Assembly (NCBI GenBank): GCA_012295275.1
Contig: CM022675.1
Coordinates: forward strand, 8,184,001 to 8,248,000
Direction: 5' to 3'
DNA from: Chrysomallon squamiferum
Taxonomy: Eukaryota > Animalia > Mollusca
Length of the DNA: 64,000 nucleotides
Position 1 is the stretch's first letter, and each line of letters starts with the position of its first letter. Of the stretch, positions 47,219-64,000 are shown piece after piece. Made by a program: the position numbers and the translations under genes. The notes under the pieces were generated by a model, which was not told the origin of the DNA, did no database searches, and saw only the letters and a list, made by a program, of their open reading frames with translations.

Positions 47219-47935
47219 AATTTCAAGACTTTTCAAATCTTTTTCTCTCTCTCTCTCTGTCGATATCTAGTATATCCGAAATGGTTTAATTTATTTGCAT
47301 TCTACAAAGTAATCTGTATGCAGTAAAAAATAAAAATGTGTAAGAAAAAAATCAATCATATTTTTTAATATTTTACAATAATCTACATAAATAACTAAAA
47401 CAGAAGAACAGAGCCATAGCCTGCATTTCTGAAAATAAAATATTAAGGGCTTATTTCAAAAAAATATTCTTACCACAAAGTTCCTTTGAGTTTAGATATC
47501 ACGGCCGGCTATATTTCTGTAATCAGTTAAAAATTTGGAAGTCCTTCAAATTTAAAGAATTCGAAATAGTAAACACTATTCACTGTCCGACAACACGGTT
47601 TCATAGCTTTGGTTTACAATTCACGAAAACGTTTAATCTGAAATAAACCATCAACTTCTTTGTTATCACAGTTAGTTCGTGACCATTAATTTTGATAGAT
47701 ACGACAAAATTGACCATTAATTCTACGACAAATAACGGCTTCCGACAAAGTATAGACTTTGTTTCAGTGATTCTAATTTCTTTGTACTCTCCACTTATAA
47801 TCCATCTATTCCAAACTTTAGTTTGTTTCATTGTAAAACATGAAGCTGTCGGCTAGGAAGAGAATATCAGTATATTGAATACAATAAATCGATATAATAT
47901 TGTGACTTCTTTTTATCCTGTTTTTTCATGAAGAC

Positions 47936-47977
<42 letters not shown>

Positions 47978-48674
47978 GTTTTAGTTAGTGTTACAGTCAA
48001 TTCTCACTTAGTGACCTACCAGTTTGATGACTGCATAGCCATACAACCAGCTCTGACTGGTCCTTATTGTTTATAAGTGAAGAGGCATTACCCATTCTGC
48101 ATCTTGTTCTCATCCACGCAGTCAGTCAATATCCACTAGATAGCATATTTAAAATCTCCAAACAGTCTATACTTCATCTATATATTTTCACTTTATTGAG
48201 TACCACACAAATATACAATGTTGTAATTTTAGCTGATTCTGTTTTCATGTTTTGTAATATGCAAGAGCTGTGCAAATCAAAACAAAATGATCAAGTTTCT
48301 TTTACAGTTTTATTCTTTATTCAGAATAAATAAAATATAATGCTTGTATTTACAATGTTCAAACCTAAGCTGGTGTATATTAGAGTATATTTCCGTACCT
48401 CTGTATATAACACACTATACACTACTGAATAAACAATTAAAAATGTTGTAAAATGCATTTATAAATGGTGCAACTTTAGGTGATGTTATAACAATATTTA
48501 AAGATGGCTGACACAAAACCACTACCTACAAAATATGCATGAAATATCAGTATGGGGCGTTTTCTTGCTTATTGTGCAATTCACTTAACAACCTAGACTT
48601 AGGAATAGAACTCAGGTCAATGAGGAATACCAGTATTTGACTTCATAAGAGCCAGAATTTTATTCCAAATATTT

Positions 48675-49160
48675 ATTAAATGTTGACGCCTTTGAAATAA
48701 ACTTTGATGTATCTTTCTCCGTTACATCTTGTTTTACTTTTTATTTAAAACGTTTATTTTATTTTATTTTATTTTATTTTTTATTCAAATACTGGAACAT
48801 TATTTATTAACCTTGACGCTTTTGAAATAAACTTTGATGTGTGTTTGTCCGTAGCATCTACTAGGAATATCAGTTTTAATATATGGGTTGGATGGTGATA
48901 CTTTATTTGTTTTACTTTTTATTTAAAATGTTTATTTTATTTTATTTTTATTTTTATTTTATTTTATTTTTGTTTCAAATACTGGAACAACATTATGTAT
49001 TAACGTTGACGCCTTTGAAATAAACTTTGATGTATCTTTCTCTGTTACATCTACTAGGAATATCAGTTTTAATATATGGGCTGGATGATGATGATACTTT
49101 GTTTTTTTACTTTTTATTTAAAATGTTTATTTTATTTTATTTTTATTTTTATTTTATTGT
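48675..49160 (+). repeat. Three imperfect tandem units (~130-190 bp) downstream of the Mlx stop
   Basis: ttgacgcctttgaaataaactttgatgt starts at ~48683, ~48813 and ~49006. Confidence 0.8.
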
Positions 49161-49871
49161 ATAATAGTTTAGTTTATTTTTGTTTTATATTATATTTTAT
49201 TTCAGATTTATTTTAATGTATGTATGTATGTATGTATGTATAAACACATATACACACATATAGATATTTTATTTTATTCTATTTTTATTTTGTTTCTATG
49301 TGCAGAATAAAAAAAATGTATATTTTGCTGACAACGAAGTACAACAAATATTATCTTTGTAACAACAGAACTGTCATGAATTATTTTTATATTGTTTTAG
49401 TGTTAAAACTCGTCAATTGAAGATTCTAGTTTAAATAGTAACTGAAATAAAAGTAAAAGACTGAAAATTTTAAAACAATTTTCAGTTTCATTGTACAAAT
49501 CGTTTTGTATATTTGTGCATATATGTACAACTGATATGTAATTCTCTAAAAAAATTATCAGCAAATCGTCTTGTATATTCATGCTTATGTACAATTCATC
49601 TGTAATTCAGCAAATGTTTCATTTAAAGAATATGTACAAAGGTATAAAATATTTTTAAAACAATCATTTCTTTTATGAATTGATAAAACTGAAAACTACT
49701 TCAAACTGTCACTGAACAATCTGGAGTCTGAGTTATAATGTTATCACATAATAAAAGTTCTTTTATTTATTATTATTATTTTCTTTTAATGAGTTGTCGT
49801 TCTTGAAGTGAGTTACCTCCCTTGTTTATACCAATGGCTGCTGTGCTTCGTGATGTGTTCGTTAAATGTTG

Positions 49872-55460
<5,589 letters not shown>

Positions 55461-55647
55461 GTTTTATCAGCTTGCAGGTGAAAAAAAAAAAAGAAGAAGA
55501 AATATCAAAATAATATTCAGAAAAATAAAATAATTTATATAATTATTACATATTAATAACAAAATGAATATATTAATATATCATTTTCTTCAGATAAATG
55601 ATTGAATCCTTGGCAAGTGAGAAAGCATATTATCATTAAAAATGTAA

Positions 55648-55716
<69 letters not shown>

Positions 55717-57451
55717 TACATATATATAGACAGATTATATAGATAGATAGATAAATACAGATATAGATGTGTGTGTGTGTGTGTGGCTAAATGCATATAG
55801 CACCCTCACTTAATTATTAGTTTGTCTGTAAATTTAGTTTGCAATAAAATATTACAATTATTTATTCTATTAACTCTAATTTAGTTGTGAAAACGTAAGT
55901 GGTAAGCCATGTTTATTCACCTAACTGGATTTCTGGGTTCAAGGTATCATAGTTAGATTATAATCCAGCTCCCCTAATTATAAGTATATATATATATATA
56001 TATAAGCATATATTAAAGTGATAAAGAATTGTACAGATACTCCTCACAGTCCTATCACCATTCTTACCATTTTACTATTAATTCCCAACTACAAACATCA
56101 ACATTAGATTACTTATTAAATTATTATAACAGTAAAATAATATGACTGAATTAATGCCAGTATAGTTCAAGTTACAAGTAATTTAATTATTAAAAGTTTA
56201 GTTAATATAACACAACTCAATATCCATTCATTCACATTAAAACATTGCAAAATCACCTGCATTATGTTTGTTTGTGGCCAAAAATAACAAAAATTTGCAT
56301 TTAAATGATTTATGGATTGAAGAACACAGCAACAGAATCAGTCAGTGACAAATTTTTGTTTTGGCTTTACACAAAAATAACTAGTAGTCATATTCATATT
56401 GACTTGAAATTGTCCATGTCTCTAATACAGTTTTCAAAGATAGAATCTGAGGACTGCAGGCTGCGCACTTATTATCTGGAGACTTTTGCTGCAGGAATAT
56501 TTGTTTTGTGAAGGTAGTAACTTGTACAACATAACTGAAATAAAAACAATGATGGTTTCTTCCACTAGTTTTGCCCCTGAGAAAACTGATGCACCATCTG
56601 AATTTTTAATTAAATTCCTTAAGTTTTCAGTTCTGATTCAGTAGAAGATGTCACAATCTCTGCTGTTACATTTGGGATATTTGTTATTATTTAAAAATAC
56701 TTCTTTTGCTTGTCCTTCATCTTCTGTCTGAACACACATGCCCAAGTTTTGTTTAATGACAAAGTACTGGCTTTACTGCACATTAATGTGACAGTCTTTA
56801 CATATTCACTCGTGATTACAAGAACTTCTGAAACTATCAGTTCTAGTGTACTTACTTTGCATACCAGTGGTATTGAAAATTTTCAAAGTTTTTGCATCAG
56901 TTTTTTTAACACAGTTAAATTACATCACCAAACAAGTTCAACGATAAAAAGAATGAGGTGAATAATGAAAAGTAAGATAGTGAATCCAGACTTTACTGAT
57001 GCCTCAAGTTTGGAAATTCATCTTTTTACAGCTGTTTTCCACATCCAACTGTTCAAAATTTTACTTCAGACTTCAAATGTCTAATGACTCTAAATGAATG
57101 TTCAGTCTTTATTCAGTCTCTTTTTTACATCCCTTGTGTATCCATGTCTAACATTTGCCCCAATTAAAATCTGTTTAGTACATAAATCTCAGTACACATT
57201 TTTGGTAGGCATTCCTTATTCATCAAGATTAAAATTTCATATGGATGGAGTAAAAAAAAAAAAAGCTGTTCAGTAATAATCTTGGTAGGGGATGCCACCC
57301 TCCAATTTAATGTTAACTAGAATATTGCAACCATGTAAAGTTTTAGACAGTTTTTAAACTGTGTTAAATTTTAGTGCCTTTTTTCTTATTCATCCAAAAT
57401 GTTGTGTTTAATATATATATATCTATATCTGTATCTATCTATATCTATATC

Positions 57452-57482
<31 letters not shown>

Positions 57483-58394
57483 TGTTGTCTGCAGCATAAC
57501 TGGTGCAAGTTAAACAAAAGATATACAGAAAATGTTCAGGGTACAAATACTTTAAACAATGTTCAAATTACTTGTTTGTCAAAAATACAGCTACAAATAA
57601 CTATTAACAAGTTTATTTCACTAACAATTAAATAAAATCAAAGTGTCTGTTTTATTTATTATACAAAACAAAGTTCACTAAATAAACGAGTGGCATGGAT
57701 ATTGCTGCCGTTGCTGACAAATTGTGGGCGAAGTTGTCGTAAGCCATAATGGATGGCAATCCCACTATCTCTTACAGTACACAGCAAGACCTTTGTATGT
57801 GTGTGTATATATATATATATATATCATAGTCACCCACACACTTCTATAAAACACCAATATGATACTTACATGCGAAAAACAGTAACTGAGGAATGTGGGT
57901 CAAGTTTGTGCACAAGAACAGCTTGGTATAGATAACACAAATATGTCACATTCTGAACATCTGAAATAAAAAAAACATGTTATGGAAAAACAAATACACA
58001 CGTCAGTACAAATACTGAAAAAAACTAAAAGGTGAAATATAAATCCACACAAACAATAACACAAGTATACATGATATACAGAAGGTAAAATAGTAATCAA
58101 GTACATGTATGAACAGGTACAGAAATATATACCACACAATCACATACAAAACACCCAAACACACACACATAAAAGATGGTAAATCATATACACACATATG
58201 CATATATATAGATACAACCACATAAAAATATACACAACACACTTACTTGTACATACACTTGTACCTTCATACTTGATAATACTATAAATAGTCTGTCAAA
58301 TACAACAACAAATAATATACATTCTAAATAAAGTATTTCTTATTCAGTGTTCTTTTGTTAACTATTAATTTATCCTGATTCAGTATTCATTATT

Positions 58395-58460
<66 letters not shown>

Positions 58461-58589
58461 ACAGAGAGAAACAGTGTGACAGAGATAGGCAGACAGATGG
58501 ATAATATGTTGTTTTTTTTGTTTGGTTGGTTTTTTCAGCTAAATTTTGTTAAACATTTAAACAATAACAAATAAAAACAGTCAGCTTAC

Positions 58590-58738
58590 AATTTCTTTTT
58601 GATGTTCAATAACTACCATCATGGTGCTGGGCTTATATCATCAGTTCTTTACTTTCTTTTTTTCTTGTTTCAACTGGCCAGCTGTTGAAATAAACACTGA
58701 CGATGCGGATACCAGTAAACTGGACGAGTTCACCAATA
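58590..58738 (-). other. Candidate 5'-UTR exon of Mlx
   Basis: Acceptor tttctatcag and donor gtaagc flank it. The Mlx ATG exon has its own polypyrimidine-AG acceptor at 55472-55471, so upstream exons are expected; another gtaagt donor lies at 59088. Confidence 0.4.
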
Positions 58739-59237
58739 CTGATAGAAATAAAAATAAATAAATAAATAAATAAATAACAAAAATCAGGATATTTACTAAC
58801 GTTCAAAAACTACCATAAAACGACAGTTTTCAAACACATCAACAATTTACATTACGAAGTTACAAACGGTCATAGAAAATATCACCTTTGCTCTTCAGGT
58901 CATAATGGTAGTACTAGCAAGAGAGAATTCGCGTTTTGGGGTCAACCTAGATACGAAGATTACATGTGCTGATATAAATGTCAATACTGTTCAGTTATTA
59001 GTTCAGAACAACAGTTATACTATTTAACTGTATTATAAGAAATCTATTAAGTTTTACAACATTTTATTTTGATTATTAATGTACTTACATCCGACATTTG
59101 TTTCCTTATGAAATGGTGTAAATTCTACTTTCAGTTTCGGAGCACCACTCTATGTGATTTTGTTGTCTTATTTTAACCTTTTTAATAAAATTAAATGATC
59201 AAACACACACGATGCTGAAGGCATCTGTTCAAAAAAA

Positions 59238-59497
59238 AATTGATTTAGTTATAAACTAAAGAACATGCCTAATTAGACATAATGGATTACCTAATTACTT
59301 ACAGACATAAGTAACGTTCAGATACTACGCATTAAAATTAATAATAAATATAATTATCTTCTTAACAAAAAACGTTTTAACAGCGTTCTGATATCAGTAA
59401 AAGTGCGCCTCAGTAATAATAAATACCAATTCAATATTTTAAAAATTCTTTATTATGCCTCCCAAAATGTTTTCGTTAAAAAAAAAAATAATAATAA

Positions 59498-59536
<39 letters not shown>

Positions 59537-59778
59537 TTAACAACTATAAACTTCGTTTTTCGTTTACATAGATGAGCAACAATTGAACAATGTGTCTACG
59601 TACATTTTGTCAAAGATTTGTCCCTCTATGTTCTTAATCGATGAGATTAATCAATAGATTCATAGCAACCGTGTTCTTCTCTCAAATCAATATCATTATA
59701 CGGAACAATGTATGTACCAGAAAACATTATTAAAATGAGTTCAGATGGTGTTCATTTATTTCTTCTTTTTAAACATAA

Positions 59779-59846
<68 letters not shown>

Positions 59847-60779
59847 ATAAATAAATAAATAAATAAATAAATAATAATTAATAATTAATAAATAATAAAT
59901 ACAGAAACAACGAAAGAAAGAAACAATTTAAAAAATACTCAGATCGAAGTAATGGAAAGAAATACAACTAACAGCAGTGCAAACAAGCATACAAACATAC
60001 ATACATACATACATACATACATACATACATTATATACATACACACAAATAAACGTGATAATACACACGCACATACTACATTTGTATACACACATGCGCCT
60101 ATAAACGAACGTGTACGGAAACCATAACACACCTCCCTGGCGAAATCGTTAACCTTCGACTCTGTCTGTACCAAAGTAAATAAACAGACGATTTCCGACA
60201 ATGTAACCATTGTTCACAATACGTTAGATGACTTGCACATTACAAAGACATGACGTGTAGAATAAACAAGTGAAAAAATAAGCTCTAAAAATAAACATGA
60301 CAGTATACTTGAGCTTTTCGTCTCTGTTACACATAAACAAAATACGCACATTCTTTTTTTTATTTTTTTTTTTTATGTTTGTTGCTGACGCGTCTTTAAT
60401 CTTGGACACTTTTATTTCTAGACATAATTACACGTGTCTATAATTATCATACATAGAGAGAGTGAAACAAAAGATACTTATTCAAATGCAATCCCACACC
60501 CCACCCCCACCCCCACTAAAATTGATTTAGTTATAAACTAAAGAACATGCCTAATTAGACATAATGGATTACCTAATTACTTACAGACATAAGTAACGTT
60601 CAGATACTACGCATTAAAATTAATAATAAATATAATTATCTTCTTAACAAAAAACGTTTTAACAGCGTTCTGATATCAGTAAAAGTGCGCCTCAGTAATA
60701 ATAAATACCAATTCAATATTTTAAAAATTCTTTATTATGCCTCCCAAAATGTTTTCGTTAAAAAAAATAATAATAATAA

Positions 60780-60836
<57 letters not shown>

Positions 60837-61126
60837 TTAAAAATTATTATTATTTATTTATTTATTTATTTATTATAATAGAGAAAAAGCACTATAAACT
60901 TCGTTTTTCGTTTACATAGATGAGCAACAATTGAACAATGTGTCTACGTACATTTTGTCAAAGATTTGTCCCTCTATGTTCTTAATCGATGAGATTAATC
61001 AATAGATTCATAGCAACCGTGTTCTTCTCTCATATCAATATCATTATACGGAACAATGTATGTACCAGAAAACATTATTAAAATGAGTTCAGATGGTGTT
61101 CATTTATTTCTTCTTCTCAAACATAA

Positions 61127-61178
<52 letters not shown>

Positions 61179-61232
61179 TAAATAAAATAAATAAATAAAT
61201 AAATAAATAAAAAAATGATGATGTTAATAATG

Positions 61233-61268
<36 letters not shown>

Positions 61269-61271
61269 TAA

Positions 61272-61307
<36 letters not shown>

Positions 61308-61942
61308 AATTAATAATAATTAATAATTAATAAATAATAAATACAGAAACAACGAAAGAAAGAAACAATTTAAAAAATACTCAGATCGAAGTAATGGAAA
61401 GAAATACAACTAACAGCAGTGCAAACAAGCATATTAACAAACAAACATACATACATACATTATATACATACACACAAATAAACGTGATAATACACACGCA
61501 CATACTACATTTGTATACACACATGCGCTTATAAACGAACGTGTACGGAAACACATAACAAATCTCCTTGGCGAACTCGTTAACCTTCGACTCTGTCTGT
61601 ACCAAAGTAAATAAACAGACGATTTCCGACAATGTAACCATTGTTCACAATACGTTAGATGACTTGCACATTACAAAGACATGACGTGTAGAATAAACAA
61701 GTGAAAAAATAAGCTCTAAAAATAAACATGACATATACTTGAGCTTTTCGTCTCTGTTACACATAAACAAAATACGCACATTATTTTTTTTATTTTTTTT
61801 TTTATGTTTGTTGCTGACGTGTCTTTAATCTTGGACACTTTCATTTCTAAACATAATTACACGTGTCTATAATTATCATACATAGAGAGAATGAAACAAA
61901 AGATACTTATTCAAATGCAATCCCACACCCCACCCCCACCCC
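59238..61942 (+). repeat. Two-copy tandem duplication (~59238-60515 and ~60518-61942)
   Basis: Both units start aaattgatttagttataaactaaag and end tcccacaccccacccccacc; they differ mainly in (AAT)n and (ACAT)n tract lengths. Confidence 0.92.
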
Positions 61943-62108
61943 GCCTTCAAGTCATTGACGTTTAAGAATTATGAATCTAATCGTTGTATGGGATATTACT
62001 GAAAAAATCGGTTACCTTTCTTCCATTCATATATATACATATATATATATATTTGCACCAATCAGAATCCAGTTATTACATAAATCACAGAAGACACACA
62101 CACACACA

Positions 62109-62156
<48 letters not shown>

Positions 62157-63280
62157 GTAGCTATTTTTATCATCTTGTAATCATTTCTAAGAACGCACAG
62201 AAAATTTCACTCGTTTGTCAATGTTTCGTTTTCCTATTTCATTTCCAAGCAGATATTTCCGATTTCATAAGTAGATATTTCCGCTAATCTTCGTTACATT
62301 GAGAACTATGAGAAAAATTTATATATACTACTCTAAAGACGTTAAGGGTCAAAGGAGTTGTTTCTTTTTATTCATTTTTGTAAGTTTGTTTTATTTTAGG
62401 CCGGATAGGGGTTAGAATATTAACCTTGGTGTTGTTATTTGGGCTAAAGACATGACATTATCAAAGGGGCATGCAATGACTGCCCTTACCTTTAGAAACT
62501 TTTGAAGTTAACCCCATATTTCCTTTTCCTGAATCTGAAGCAAAAACATTGACAAAAACGGACAACCTGCCTCGATCCACGTGCTTAGCATGAATGTAAT
62601 TCAGTGCACGTCAATTTTAGACCAGACGGTTAGGAGAGCAAGGTTTGCGATGTCGGAATCCTGTATAGTCCTACCCTAGCTACCCGCCCGTCACAGAAGG
62701 GCGCGCCATGGACGGTGCAGACGTTACATCCGGTGGAACTGTATCTTCTAATCACGGTACTTGCTCCAATATCCACCGTTTTTTTTTTTTGTACGGGGGA
62801 ACGTGTAATGGTTTTGGGAGGGCATACATCCACGAAATCACAGAGCGCGTGCGTTGGCCTCCACATTGACCGGACTTGTCCCCCATAGAGCACGAACTCG
62901 GGCGGTGAGTTCGATCACACCACAACCCTGCTGTCAACCCCCCCCCCAGCAGCTAACTCAGCTGTTAATGGCAGAATGTCAAGGTTATTTCAGACGCCTG
63001 GTCAACAGCATACACCAACATTGTTTCTGTTCTTGAGACGTCAAATAATTTGTCAATTAGTCTTCACACTTTCAGCACATTAGCCTTGTTTTATTTGCAC
63101 AAATCGTTTTCACCCTAAACGTTTTTGAGTAATATATATATCTATTAAAAAAAAAAAAAAAAAAAAGAAGAAGAAAAAAATCAATAAATTCACGTCATCT
63201 TTAAATATAGAAATCGGGGTTTCATTGTAAATTTTTCTTTTGCGAAGACAAGACACGCTAATAACAGGTACGTCTTTTAT

Positions 63281-63318
<38 letters not shown>

Positions 63319-64000
63319 AAGTATCAGTAATTCAGTAATAGTAATAATTTTAGTGATGAATTAACAGAAGCATTAATAATAGCAGTGGATCAAGAGGCAG
63401 TAGTAACAACAACCGTAGTAGTAGTAGTAGTAGTAGTGGTGGTGATGGCGTAATTGTAGTATGCCTGGAACAAAAGCAGTTGACGTTATTGCTAATACAG
63501 TAAAACTCGACTAAGTTATAAGCGTTTAAGTTGTCAGAGTTGTCAGAGTTGTCACTTCAGCGAAAGTCGCAATTTTCTGAAAACTTTATTCCTATTTTCA
63601 ACGAAGTATGCATTTCTAAGTCGTCAAAACGCCTACGTTTAAGTCTTGGTCTCAGGTAACACAAACCGCAGTTAATTTTCTCGAACAATCTACTCGCTGT
63701 CTCAAGCTGCTGGCATGGATATACACGGGCACCGCCGTGTGTCGGGTATTTCGATATATTGTGCAGGTGCGCTGAATTAACATATTATTTTTTCAAGACG
63801 GGCGCTTTCGATGGCGACTTTCTTAGTACGTACAAAAAATGGCGACTAGCGGAAAGTCACGGCTTCATAACCACGGGTAACAGGGACAAGTATGAAATAA
63901 TTAAGTACTGCGAAGCCAGATGTTTAACTCCGCGCTGACTCAAATGGTTTCGACAAATGGCTGCTGGACCTGAAATTCGTATCGATGATTAAAATGCTAC

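Noticed and set aside
56250-57290. Non-repetitive, coding-looking stretch upstream of the Mlx ATG
   Set aside because: No long ORF or recognisable motif on either strand; it may be UTR or a decayed element, but I cannot support a call.

Overview
AT-rich, microsatellite-laden animal genomic DNA; a lophotrochozoan, probably a cephalopod mollusc, is my inference and is not proven. Positions 1-47.2 kb hold a tandem, partly inverted array of at least 12 copies or relics of one five-exon gene. Six copies are intact, one has a +1 frameshift, one is cut by the window edge and four are fragments. Each copy encodes a ~250-aa precursor: a signal peptide, then a hypervariable 32-40 aa peptide with a fixed 8-Cys frame (CxC-x10..16-CxCxC-x6..8-CC-xx-C), then a hedgehog-type Hint/Hog autoprocessing domain (C|CFHGDS...SITxDHLIF...GLYVPLTDTGTLVVDGILASxY) with a short SRR-like tail. 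There is no Hedge signalling domain. The Hint domain lacks the sterol-activating Asp (Lys or Glu instead), the SCY cysteine (Asn, Ser or Ile instead) and the HWY motif. The peptide diverges between near-identical duplicates almost only by amino-acid changes, and every complete copy has a double octamer (ATGCAAAT) upstream. This looks like a diversifying, self-releasing cysteine-rich peptide system of toxin or antimicrobial type. To the right lie a complete 8-coding-exon Mlx gene on the minus strand (55460-49872), minisatellites, a 1.3-1.4 kb tandem duplication and a CpG-richer end.
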